In this document: piece by piece, positions 1-12,435 of the stretch
Position numbering within the stretch: position 1 is the stretch's first letter
Layout of the letters: the number at the start of each line of letters is the position of its first letter
Assembly (NCBI GenBank): GCA_020891255.1
Contig: BQFW01000009.1
Coordinates: 372,001-436,000, forward strand
Length of the DNA: 64,000 nt
Origin: Entomortierella parvispora E1425
Lineage: Eukaryota > Fungi > Mortierellomycota
Direction of reading: 5' to 3'
Program-made: the position numbers and the translations under genes
Notes under the pieces: generated by a model
Told to the model about the DNA's origin: nothing
What the model saw: only the letters and a program-made list of their open reading frames with translations
Databases searched by the model: none

Positions 1-1
1 T

Positions 2-454
2 GCCCACGGTGACTACACCAAGTGCCACTTCAAGGAATATATTGATGCCGCTATTGAGGACTTGAGAGCCGATGGCTGCACCAGCTTTTCGATCGTCGGA
101 CAGTGCTGGGGTGCCTATATTGCTGTTCAGGCTGCTTCGGAGCCCGGCAACCCCTTCTTGGCCTGCGGTGGTCCTCACCCCTCCATGATGTCGATTGAGG
201 GCGTCAAGGATGTGACCTGCCCCTTGGTCTTGCTGCCTGCCCAGGAGGATGCTGACATGGTCCCTATCATTGAATCCTTGAAGCACAAGAACTTCAAGGT
301 CGAGTCCAAGCAGGTCCGCTTCGACAATGTGCACCACGGATGGACTGGTGGCCGTGGCGACTGGTCTGACCCCGTGCAGTTCAAGGCTGGTTTGGAGGCC
401 ATTGATATCCTTGCCCGCTACTATGCCGAGGTGGCTGCCGCTGCCAACTTGTAA
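2..454 (+). CDS. Dienelactone hydrolase family protein (alpha/beta hydrolase), 5'-partial
   Basis: Frame open from position 2 to TAA at 452-454. GQCWG nucleophile motif, AQEDAD acid and VHHGW histidine match the Cys-Asp-His triad of DLH/AIM2-like enzymes. Confidence 0.85.
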   Translation, partial: AHGDYTKCHFKEYIDAAIEDLRADGCTSFSIVGQCWGAYIAVQAASEPGNPFLACGGPHPSMMSIEGVKDVTCPLVLLPAQEDADMVPIIESLKHKNFKVESKQVRFDNVHHGWTGGRGDWSDPVQFKAGLEAIDILARYYAEVAAAANL

Positions 455-575
455 ATAGGACGCTCTTTTAATCCATACCTTTTTTTTCATAAAATGAATC
501 TTGTAGAGATTCAACCCATATTTCAAAGAATCATCCAATTGCCAACAAACACCAGGGAATGTAGAAAGAAGTGGC

Positions 576-606
<31 letters not shown>

Positions 607-656
607 CAAGGTAGAGAGTTTGAGGAATTGAGTTCACAACTTTTTTTCAAACGGTA

Positions 657-3600
657 TTATTGATTCGCGGCTGGATCTTGCGCCAGTCGCAGTGCTACTT
701 GACCCCATCGGTCCCAGAGATCCTGCGCCGTCTCGATCGTGTCCCCGACGGCATTCACCGAGTACTTTTCCACGCGATCCTTTCGCGTGGACGCTTCTTC
801 TTGCAAGAGGCAGCCTCCTCCGAGGCAGGTGGCCTCCTTTTCCCAATAACTCTCAGCAGAGAGCGAATTTGCGAGATACTCCGTGTAGTTCAGTGATCGT
901 CCCTCTTGCACAGCAGTGACAACCCTATCCACAAAGATTCGCCAGCGGGGATAATAATACTCTTTGACGATACCTGCCCATTCCTTGGATGCGTAATCGG
1001 CCAATCCAGCCTGGCCCTTGGGACCCCACCAGGTCACTTGGTTTCGAGCATTGTACTCTAGATAGTCCGCATAGGTGTCCTCGACCCCCTCTATGTAGGT
1101 CGTGTTGCCCGTCATTTTTCTTACCACCTTTGCAGAGACACGGGCATCTCGAATCCATGGCCCCACCATAAAATGAGAATGTGTGGCCAGGATTCGATCC
1201 GTGTCCAGGATGGCGTCCAACAGCCCGTTACCCAAGGATCGTGTCGTCGCCAAGTTTTTAGATCGGTAAGCCGCCACAAATTCGCGATGGAGACCCGGAA
1301 TCACAATCGCGACCATGATCTCTCGCGTGACATCCACAAGATCATAACGAAAACTGGAGACATTCAAAGGAAGTTCTGCTTCTGTGGGTAGTTGACTGGA
1401 TCCAGCTGGATCGGATCGGGTGACGATGGTGTAAGGCGAAGATGGTGAAGAGGTTATTGGTGCAAAGGTAGCTGTAGATGTAGTCGACTTTTGCTGCTGT
1501 TGTCCCACAGTGTTCTTGTAGGCGTCCCGAATTTGATTCGAGAAGGAGGTCCAAAGCGTGGTGACAGTGCCTTGAGATCCACCTGCTGTCTTGGTAATGT
1601 TACTGGTGCCACCTCCAGTCACTGCCGCAGTGAAGATTGCCTGGAATGCGTTTTGAATCACGCCATGGCCTCGCCGCTCCTTGGACGCCTCAGTTTGGGT
1701 GGAATCAATCAACTGAGTCCAGGCATTGACCACCGTGGGCTTGTCGTACCAAAAGTGTGTGGACATGAACCCGTCACGCTTCATGTCCAGAGCAGGGGTA
1801 ATGTCCAAAATGGATTTGGACTGGGACATTTGGCCAGATCGAATGTCCCAGACAGTTGTGGAGAGTGTCCTCCATACTTGGAGAACAGCGTCTGACGTTT
1901 GATTGGGACCGTAGCGGCGTCGAATAAAGTCATCGAGGTGCTTTTGACTGTCCAGAGGTCCTTGATTCAAGAGGACTGCCCCGTTTTCTGGGACTTGTGA
2001 CGTAGCGATGGGCGGCAAGTCCGGTGAAGGAGCAACACCTTTGGAAATGAGAGGCGAGGTTTTGATAGCGAGAGGATACGTCGCTTCAACAGACTCCCAG
2101 GGAAGGTCCAAGATGAGCTGGTACAGATATTCGTTGTTGTTGATGCCCTCCATTGTGATTCCCATACCCTTCATAGTCTTGGCCGGTTGGTGGTATCCCC
2201 TGAAGGGTTCTGAGAGCAACGTTGGTAGGGTGCCATAGAGCGCCTGACCACCTCCAAAGTTGTTCAACCTGGTGAGAGAGCGGTTGGTAGGTTAGTTAGT
2301 CTTGCTGTCTTCTACGAGCTCTCAATGGCTACCACGAACAGTGACTTACATGCTCCAGCCCCAATCGATCCCGAAAAATCCTTCCGTGATGTTCCAGAGA
2401 GGGGCGACATCCGAGTAGAGATCAAACACAAAGGCGTCCCGTCCCTGGTTTGTCTCTCGAATGCCGTCAAAGAAAGCTTTTGTTTGTGCCTGTTTCCAAA
2501 TACCCCGATTGAGCAAGAACCAGCCCTGCATCACCCAAATCGCATCTGGATCCGCAGCCTTGAGAGCCTTCATGACGCTACTGGTCGTCTGTTGCAAACA
2601 GGCGACTAGCGTGCAGGTGGGGTTCAATTCGTTGTACAGATCCAGGAGATAGTGATGGGAAGGGGTGGAATGGCCCGCATCTAAATAACCAGACGCACCG
2701 TACATACTGGTCTGAAGCTCGATGAATGTTTTAGAGAGATTCGCAAAGAGAGGATCGGTCGAGGGCACGAAGGAGACTCTAGTGTAAGGGTCCATTCCCG
2801 CCCATTCGGATGCTTGGCCAAACTTTGTTCCAGGATATTTGGATGCGAGTGCCCGGGGTACAAACCCATTGAAAGAAGGCATGATCGCCGTGATGTTGAA
2901 CTCCTGCATCCGACGAATGATCCTATTCGGTGGCAAAGAGGTAAGTGTCTTTTTCCGAGCGTCATATTTACTGCCGTGAAGAGAGATTGGATCATATCAA
3001 ACAAACATACTGCCCCTGTAGCTCCCACTGAGAGTCTATCCAGTCATTTTTGTAGAGAGTATCATTTCCGAATCCCCAAGACCCTTGAATGTTGCCCATG
3101 CGCTGCCATGGCATGAAAGCGGGTCCAGTCAAGAACTCGTTGATGTCTTCGGTCGTAAGTCCTTGATCCGTGTAAAACTTTCGTACAATATGTTCCTGGC
3201 CAACCATGGCCAACGCCATATTGACTCCATTGAGCATCATCCAGTCTAAAGGCATGTTCAAGAAGCACAACGTTAGCAGTCTGAACCACGAGGACACACG
3301 CAAAGGGACTATTGGACTGTTGTTATTTTTTAAACTTACCCAACTCGCGCTCCCACCGTGACCAGTCCCAGAAGGCAAAGGAGTATCCAAAGGTGACCAC
3401 GTTCATGTAGTACCTCCAAGGCACAAAACTGGCTCGGACCACGGGTCCGTTGTCACTGCTCGTCCATTTGGGTGGTACAGCCGGGATTTGGTCAAATCGA
3501 TCGCCGCTCCAAGACATTTCCACCTGGCAGACATTTCTGAGGTAATAGTTCAACCCTGCTCCCAAGGCGGACAAGGAAGCCCCCTCGATCAGGAGGGTCT

Positions 3601-4189
3601 CCTTTTTGTTGTTACTGCTGCCGCTGGTGTTCGAGATCCTGAAAGTGTCGTGCACGTTGCTGGCAGAATTGGTGGCCACAAGTCCTGGCTGGAGTTTGAA
3701 CTGGATGTGGTCATGGTACGCAACGGGAAAGTGCCGTTTGACAAGGGCGAAAAGGGGTGCTTCTGATCCACCGTTACTGCTGCTGCCCTCAGAGGAGTCT
3801 TTTCGCTTCCTAAATGTTTGTGCCTGTGGTGAAGATGCTTTGGGGGGAAGCCGCCAGGAGGGGTTTGAACCTGCGGATGATTTGACCTGTGAATGAGATG
3901 AGCCAGTGACGGGAGGTGGTGCGGACAAGTGCTGTTGCCGCTGTAGGGGTGACCCAGGGGATGGACTGTCCAAGGGAGAAGAGGGAGAGGCTGCATGGAC
4001 GGGGGTCAACACACTTGAGAAGGAAAAACACAGTGTGGACAGAGAGATGATCAAGGCAAGCGACAGTCGGCGTGATCCGGTCTTTCCTCGTTGTTCTGGT
4101 TGATGTGGCCCATGCACCTGTAATTGTTGTTGTCGCTCGTCTTCTGCTGTCTTGGTGCAGCCTACCTGACTCTTATTGTCTTTAACCAT
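657..4189 (-). CDS. Alpha-N-acetylglucosaminidase (GH89, NAGLU-like), 4 exons: 4189-3340, 3245-3011, 2922-2350, 2268-657
   Basis: GT-AG introns join the frames cleanly. Motifs: [55 protein letters not shown] and GITMEGINNNE (both catalytic Glu), WVMQGW, YNARNQVTWWG, DYASKEWAG. Confidence 0.93.
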
Positions 4190-5297
4190 TGTGTGGGGGT
4201 GCTATAGAGTGAGTGGCTATCGAGAGAATGAAGAGGCAGAAAAAGATAAGTAAAACTAACTTGGGTGCCGTGGCTGGACATGGAGACATGGAGACAAGGA
4301 AGAAAGAAAGGCAGATCGCCTCTGCCCGGGTGAGGACAAGGGGCGAAGCGTGAGAGCACCAAGCAACAATAAATCAGACGCTGACAACAATGATGGAAAC
4401 AGAAGAGAGCCCAGTCGGTCCTTACAGGGAATCGTCGACAGACCTTGTTGAACAAAAGAGGGAAAGGATGGCTTCTTGTTCAGAGGGGCAATGGGACAAT
4501 GGAACAATGGGGTATGAGATCGGACTGAGAGAAAAGAGGCAGAAAGAAAGAGACAAGACAAAGATGGTGAGGGTGTTGTCGGGTATTCATCCCATCCCTG
4601 CAATCGAGCCCCGTGTTTTTAGGCGCTGGACCCGTTCTGGGCTCTCCAAAACAAAGGCCAGACCCGGTTGATTGTGATCTTACCCACGACCAGAGCCTAT
4701 AAAAAGCGTGCAGCAGATGAGGGGATGGACAAGGTGGGGGGTGGATAGGGTTGAGGAACGGTGGGAAAGAGAACAAAAAGGAAGAGGCGCCATGGATGTC
4801 TTTAAAGACAGATGAATCAAAGACACTCGATATCTCATTCAGAAGGACGCGCTGCGCGACTGACACGACGTGACAGAAACAATTAATTTTTTTTTGGACA
4901 CGTCTCAGATGGCACATCCCAGAAGACCCCCCTCCTCCATCGCGGGGATGCTGTTCGCTCATATTTGTCTTGACCTCTGATGAAGGCACCATGAGGACGG
5001 AGTATGATGACGAAGACTGTGCAAGTGGGCTAGCTGCAAGGAGAGCCAGATCGTCTTTTTTTTAGGAGGCACTTTACTCCTAGGACAGAGCCCGAGCTCT
5101 TTCTTTTCTGTGTGCAAGCCATACCCCTCCCATCCCCTCACACGAAAAAGGGTTCTTTTAGACAGGAAAAACTCTCTTATCCAGTCTGATGCCCTGTATA
5201 GGTGTAGAACAAGTACAATTGAAAAGACAAATTGTACGCCCGTTCGCCTGTGTGTTACCCTCCACTACTATAGCTATATCTATGGTGAGGATTAGGA

Positions 5298-5960
5298 TCA
5301 GAGGTCCAACTTGACATCGTAGTCAGTCAGCCAAGTGTTCAGGCCAATGGCCAACTCCATGACCATGCGTTCGCACGACTGACAATGAATGCCGACTTTC
5401 TTGCTTAGAGCCGCCTCCACAAGGTCAGCATCGAGAAGTGGTTTGACAGGTGCATTTGTCGTCGGACATGATTCTAGCCAACTCTGTGCGCAATTCCTGC
5501 TCGTAGGCAGGATCTTTTGTGGATGGATAAGGGCTTTTAACTCGCTGCTGAAGAGATTCCTGCAGTAGATCGTGGGTTGCTGCCCGCAGGATACCCTTTT
5601 CCCTTCCATCAAACGTTTTCATCTCCTAAGGGATGCTGTAGACATACTCGACCAGACGGTGATCACAAAACGGCACACGCAACTCAAGCCCAACTGTCGT
5701 GCTCATGCGGTCCATGCGGTCGAGCAGGACACGCACGAAACGAGTCATGTGAAGGTACGACATCTCCCTCATGCGACGATCTTCAGTACCTTCTCCTGGC
5801 AACAAGGGTACTTCGGCTAGTGTGCCTGGCCGTAGCTCTCGCGGACAAAGCTCTTGAGGTCCAGTTTTTCAAGCACTTCTTGTTTGAGTTATCCCTTGCC
5901 GTCAGACATTTTGCTAGTGCCTTTGGCCATCCAGGGAAAAGTATGCGCGCGAGCGGCCTC
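5298..5960 (-). pseudogene. Bacterial-type asparagine synthetase (glutamine-hydrolysing, AsnB/AsnO-like), C-terminal remnant
   Basis: Manual translation: HTFPW...LDLKSFVRESY...AEVPLLPGE...RMREMSYLHMTRFVRVLLDRMDRMSTTVGLELRVPFCDHRLVEYVYSIP*EMKTFDGREKGILRAATHDLL...RVKSPYPST...PVKPLLD...ELAIGLNTWLTDYDVKLDL. Premature stops at 5889-5891 and 5626-5628, two frameshifts, no recognisable N-terminal glutaminase domain. Confidence 0.85.
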
Positions 5961-6442
5961 TCGTGCAAAAAGAACTTTAGGCTTGGATAGTAGGCGTACA
6001 AAGCTCTCTCTTTGACCACAACAACAAAAAAAAGAGGATACGTTATCTTTGCAAAGTTAAGGACATCTTGGGAACCCGATTAGCTCCGGAACAATGAAGT
6101 ATGGCTTACAGAGGAGTGAAGCAGCTGCACAGGAAACAAGGATCAGTGTTTTGTAGCCACTGGTCCTGAGCTTGGAGGGCGGAGAGAGGAGATTGACTGA
6201 CCTTGATCGTCTTAATTAATATTCTGGGGGGAGGCAATGACCAACGTTCTTCTTCGTGAGTATTTTTCATATTTATTCTTTCCACCCTGAGGCTCTTGTG
6301 CGGTCCCCCTTCTCTTTATCCCCTGACTTCCTTAGCTAACCCGGATCTATCTTGCAGAAGCGTATAGCGCTCGTATCAACTCAAATATTTATTTATTTCG
6401 TTTATCTTCTCTGCTGGCTTCAACCACCCTGTTTCTCCACTC

Positions 6443-9400
6443 CTAAAGCTGATGGTTCTCATCGCAGTCAGGACAAGCTGCTATTTGTAGGACTAACGCG
6501 ACCCCGAATTGATGGCCATTGGGGCAACGGTACCAGTGTTCTGCCTTGCTTAAATCAGGTAGCGGTACTTTAAAGATTTTGAACTGAGGGTTTACTTCCG
6601 AGGGAGGCATGATGACACCCAATGCGATCCTGCGGGCAAAATACATCCGAGCCTCAACTTGTTGGATCTTCGCCTTGAGCGGACGCTCTTGACTCAAGTA
6701 GAAATTGGGATTGTCTTGGATTTCCTCGAGGGTAGCCTTGAATACCGTCATAGTATCGTGGACCGCTGCTTCGCTGTTCAGCTTTTGGAAAGATGTGTGT
6801 GGCTTTCCAAGCCGAGGGTGACCAAGCCACTGCATGCGTAAGAGATAGATAATGAGCAGATTCAATTTGGCGTGCATCTCAAGTCGATGGTACTTTCCCT
6901 CGAGGGCGGTACTACATTGAATGTGACAGTGGGTGACACAACATCGCAAAAGGTCCTCGACAAAGTTGGACCAACCAATGACGGAGGGATGATCATAATA
7001 TGCTTTGAGGCTGATCTTTTGAAGGACTTGCATCGCGACATACAGGATCAGTATCAGCGCGTTGGACCGGCCCTGGATGGCTCGTGCAAAAGAGGAGCCG
7101 GTCCGTCCATCGGGCGGGAGACCACATGCATGAGCATTCTCCTCCCACTGATCCCTGTTGCTTTCATCTGCCTTCAAGAAGTGTGCAGTCAGCTCCTGGA
7201 TCGGTGACCTGGCATTGTTCCCATAGATCTGATCAAATTCTTGGAGATGAGTCCAGACTGGCTGAATCATATTGGTCCAGATCCACTCTTGCTCTTTGGG
7301 AATATCGTACTGAGAGGTAGGAAAGACAATGCCATTGCTGCCTACAGAGAGAGTCCCAGCCGACGTCAAACTGGCAAGCTCTGTGCGAGATCTGGCAGTG
7401 TTGACATCGGGAGAGCTTGTGGAGCTGCTAGAGGACTGCCAGAACCTCTGAAATGTCTTCCCAATTACCTCCAGGGCCGGGGTAGAAACGAGCCTGGAGA
7501 TCTTTTCCACGGTCCCATGAAGCTGATTTTCCAGGGAGGAATGAGTCCAAGAGAGTAATTTGTCCACTCTAGCGATTGCAGTCACTTGGCCCTGCTCAAA
7601 CCTCGCGACGCGCGAAAGAAGTTCGGAAAACCGCAGGCAGCGGCCATAACGCCGTATCCCTCCGAGAGAATCACCACAAGTGGGACACCCAAAGAGGCGA
7701 ACCTGGCTGCTGGGTAGAGGCTTGATCTTGACAAAAGTGGTGGTATCCGTGGCTATGTTCTTAATACCTTCATAGAAATCTCCCATGCCCATGTAGTCAT
7801 CCAAGGAGGACATGGTAAAGGCGTGACCACAGGGCAGGACGAGGATTGGATCCACATTGACATTGACATTGCTCAAGGACGTATTCTTGGAGAGATCGAC
7901 GATCATCGCCATGATTCTTGGTTCGCTCTTGCACTCGACACAGTACTTGATTAATGGGCATGGCTCACCACACAGCGAGGGGCATCGATGTCCACATTCA
8001 ATCATCTTTTGGCAGCGTAGATTACAGGGCAGTCGAGAGCAAGGAACACCGCAGGGCAACTTGCAGTCTTCTTTGTGTGGGCACGACCAGGCACAGGGTT
8101 TGCAGCAGGCCGAGCAGAGAGTCTTGCACTCGTGACTACACTGGACATGGGGGCAGGATATCTCACACTTCTTTTCACACGGTGGGCAAATAGAACCTAA
8201 ATGACATAGCGCGGAACAAATATGTCCACAGCGGAGAGTCTTCTTGCACAGTTCCTGGCATCGTCCATGTTCTGTTCGTGTGACCATTCTATGCGGAACA
8301 AGTCTGCCTTTCGAAGAAAAGCCGGTGCATTCGAAACAGCTCTTGTGGCAAGGGTGTCCACATTCTAAGGTTCCTTTGCACTTGGCTTCGCATCGAATGT
8401 TAAGGCCATTGTCATAGCAGTCCATCTCGGTCAAATGTTCACAGTAGGGCAGCCGTTTCTCCACTCGCTTCTTGCACTGAACCAGGAGGGGACGCATCTT
8501 CTGGAAGCAAAGGGCATTTTCCAGTAAATGACCACAGTGAAGTGTAAACTGGTTGACGGGAAATCGACAGTCGCCACAGTCTTCGTTGCACTTTTTATCA
8601 CAGACATGACCACACCACGAACGTGGACGAATGCATGGCATTTGGCATTCGTCCTTGGCTTTTCCATGATGTCGGTCGTCCAAATGACATTTCCTTGGAC
8701 AGATATGGCGGCATAGCATTACTGTTGCACACGGTGTTTGGCACTCGCGCATGGTCAAGTAGTGACCCTCGTCATCCAAATAATGACATTTCCTTGGACA
8801 GATATGGCGGCATGGCATTACTGTTGCACACGGTGTTTGGCACTCGCGCATGGTCAAGTAGTGATCCTCGTCATCCAAATAATGACATTTCCTTGGACAG
8901 ATATGGCAACATGGCATTACTGTTGCGCACGGCATTTGGCACTCGTGCATGGTCAAGTAGTGATCCTCGTCATTCAAATGACATTCCTTTGGACAGGTAT
9001 GGAGGCATGGCATTTGCTTTTCGCAAGGCATCCGGCAAGATCCGTTGGGCATGTGCATTTTGATCGCCGCAGGGTTGGTGGCAGGGGGTATCACTGCGTG
9101 AGGGTGGTTTCTGCATTTCAGAAGGAATCCTCCACCAATACGATTGTTCTCTGAAAGCTGGCTCATGACCTCTGGCCAGATTCCATTCTTGGGCATTTGC
9201 ATCAGGCCTGCATTGCCAATAAGGTACATGCCATACTTGGCACGCGAGAGAAGGACGTTGGTACGGTTGGGAGACTTTAAGAAACCGATGCTTGGCACCG
9301 ACCAAAGTTGTTCGTCCGGATGGCACTCACTCCGCACGAGCGAGATGATGACAATATCTGCCTCTTCACCCTGTCGAAACAAAAACAAGCTCAAGCAGTG

Positions 9401-12400
9401 TTAGGGTGTCGTAGCGTGAAATGAACACTGTCTGTTGATGAGGGCTCGAACAACTTCTGCGGACAAAGATCGGTACCTGATAGTTGTCAATTGAACGGAG
9501 CGTCAAGCGAGAGCTATTGCCCTGAGCGTTCCCCGGAATAAAGGAAACCACCCCGCTATGTTCTTTATCCTCATCCTCCTCATCATCATCATCATCCTCG
9601 TCCTCGTCCTCGTCCTCCTCGTCCTCCTCGTCCTCCTCATCCTCCAGTTGCTCCTGGTCGCGCTCATCAATTTCTACTTGGACGAGAGAGCTCAGCTTCT
9701 TTCGAAGCAGTGTGAGCTGGCGGACGTAAGGGGCTAAAATAGCAATCTTCGATGGAATATGTCCGTTTGCGAGGAGATGCTTGACCAAAGCTTTGACCAT
9801 GTCGGCCTCAAAAGTATTACAAATAGACATGGCAAAATAATCGTCACGCTTGTCCTCTGTGTTATGATGGTCCATAAAGAAGACATTTGTTGCCATGCCT
9901 TGCACATCAGGGTGATTGAAGACATCTTCATGATCGATAAGCTGTGGATACAGAGAATGGCGAACAAAATCACAGATCTCGGGCCTCATTCGTCGCTGTG
10001 TCTTGAGAATGGATGAAGGCACCCTTGCAGTGGTGATCAGGCGCTCAAATAGCGATCGATCCAGATTATATCCTCGGCCTCGGTTCCATTCACAAGACAA
10101 CTCTTTGGTGGATATTTTCGGCCGGAGCTGTAGGTGGTCGCCAATGAGGATTAGGTGCTGTGTGTTTTTGGATAGTGCCGCCAATACATGTGACTCGAGC
10201 ACCTCTCCTGCCTCCTCACACATGATAATCCTTGGCCGTAACTTTGTAAGCAGTGTTTGGTGCTACAATTGTTGGAAAATGAAGTGGGAGAGGAGGGGCT
10301 GATTAGGTGAACAATTCCAGCTCCCATTTGCGTGCTCCCAAGACTCGGTGGCGTCAGAGGAGGTTGCCTTACCTTGGCGGCTCCATATGTTGTCACACAC
10401 ACTACTGAAGCCCTGGCTAGAATTCTTTGACGGATCAAGTCATATACGTCCTCAACCTTCTTGGAGCAGCTTTTCATCTCTGCTGTTAACTCTTCATACC
10501 GAGTAGAGATCTTTCTATTGGCCTCGCAAATCCAGAAATCCGCCAGCTGCTTTCGCTCTTGTCGAGACATAGTCCAAAGGCCGGCCCGACGGAGATGAGG
10601 GAGTGATCGCTTGGTTCTTGGGATCGGTAGAAGGACCAGATTCGGGGAAGTTCCGGCCCTATTCAGCCTCTTCTGTTCTATCCTCCTCTTACTATTTTCT
10701 CTCTCTGCCTGATCGAGGTCACCGCATGAGGACCACAGCCGGTAGTTATCCGCAATAGCCATTGACTGGCCTGCAACGGCAGGCATGATGGAGTGCCCAA
10801 GCTTGAACTCTTCGTATTGCGCCACGCTCTCAATCTCAACAACACTCAGGATGTTTGCCACCGATGGAGAAGATCGCAGATCCTTGTCAGCCTGTTGTAA
10901 ATTTTTGGCATTTGTTTCCAGGTCAAGGTTGGCCTTTTTCATAGCCGAACTTTCTGATGGAGTCCGGCGTTCCATTCCAACCATCTCGTATAAATTATGA
11001 TCCCTGACACGTTTTGATGAGTGTTGTCCACCGATGCGGACCAACTTGTTGATACCCTCATTTAGTAGAAGCTCTAAGAACTGGTCCAAGGCATGGTCGG
11101 TATAACAGATGCAGAGGATAGGACCGCATCGCATGGATTTGGCGTTGTGAATGAGAACACGCATCAGTTCGACACCAATCCAGGTCTTGCCTGTTCCGGG
11201 AGGTCTAGAGCGTGCAGCAGGTATACGATTTTTGTGGTTAGATGACGCAGGGTTCAAGGGTCTGTGAGCTATGGGCAAGACAGAAACTCTTACCCGCTAA
11301 TCAATGCCACTTCACGGCAGAGTGAGTTGACCAGCGCCTGCGATTGCGTGTCATCCATAGTCGTATATGAACGGATGATCGATTCAGCCTGCATTCTAGA
11401 AGCGGGGTCCTTCACGTTCAGGCGGCGGTGAATGTTGCTCGTCGACTTGAAAAGAACCCTCAGGTCAAATTCAAAGCCGGAAGCCAAGGCATATTGAGGA
11501 GGGTTGACATGAGGGACATGGCCCTCGTGAGCTTTTGGCGCAATATATTTGCCAAGTGGCATGGTGCCTGGGTCGATCATCTGAAGGGCTTGCAGTATTG
11601 GACGGTATGACTCGAAGTGGTCTCCCGTCGACTCGACCATGAAGATATCCCTGGGCGAGATGTTTTTATTCTTAACGGCAAGGATAATCCGACAATATTC
11701 ATCACTGTTGATCATCGTCACGCAGAGAGTGGCCTTGGTTTTATCCCTGGCGAGCCCAAAGAGGCGCGATTTGTACGTATGAATCACGCCCAACGATACG
11801 CAGAACTCTTTGTTGTTGCGATGCTGTGTGATAACGTCGCATGCTGGGTAAAAGAAGCATACCAAAGAGTTTGGCATCAGGCGTCTCCGAGACTTCTTCC
11901 AAAAAAAATTGCGCTTCTTTAGCGTGGTGCTCCTGATCCGATGTGGTTGATCGAACGAGACTTGGATGGTCCCTCGGGGACTGTCCTTGTCGGTACCGGG
12001 GAACTTGTCATTGATTCCAAGAAACTCGATGTTTCCGTATGCATTGGCAATAACGTCTTGACCAACAAGCTTACGCAGCCGACTGCGATTCAGGAGGTCG
12101 CTTCGGTGATTTGGCGCCGTCTTTAGTGCCTTGAGGTAAATAAGGACTCCTTTGCGGATTTGGTCAATCATGTCCTCTCGATACAGGCGAAAGTGGGTGT
12201 CCAGCAGTTGAGACCACCCGATAGGGAGGTGATGCCGAGCATTGCGAACGTCGTTGGAGGGGAGGAAAGGAGGTCGCTGGCAAGTCAGTTCTGCCTGCGT
12301 TGGCACGATCTGGATATCCTTGATTTCGGCGTGGTCATTGTCATGTCGAGGGCCATTGGCCGAGAGTAAGCCGGGAGGATCGTAGATGGTACTGACGGCG

Positions 12401-12435
12401 ACGGGCACCCAGGACGAGGCAGAGGCGGACATCAT
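6443..12435 (-). CDS. ZNFX1: ZNFX1-like (NFX1-type zinc finger-containing) SF1/UPF1-like RNA helicase with NF-X1 fingers, RING-like segment and C-terminal RZ finger; at least 4 exons; true start uncertain (possible extra exon to ~12887)
   Basis: YDPPG...GPRHDNDHAEIKDIQIVPT and HFRLYRED motifs; spliced ISGPPGTGKT (Walker A), CEEAGEVLE (Walker B), LIGDHLQLRP, SLFERL, QRRMRPEI, spliced SIDNYQGEEADIVIISLVRS, NRTNVLLSRAK; Cys/His-rich fingers; C-terminal HWYRCPNGH...CPDC. Confidence 0.9.
8660..9035 (-). repeat. Coding tandem repeat, ~4 units of 96-99 nt, each encoding one NF-X1-like finger
   Basis: Units read CATVMPCCHICPRKCHYLDDEDHYLTMRECQTP and close variants. The DNA caaatgacatttccttggacagatatggc recurs at ~99-nt spacing. 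Confidence 0.9.

Noticed and set aside
576-607. Long poly-T run as a retrocopy poly(A) tail of the GH89 gene
   Set aside because: The gene retains three introns, and similar homopolymers are scattered through introns and intergenic DNA in this window.
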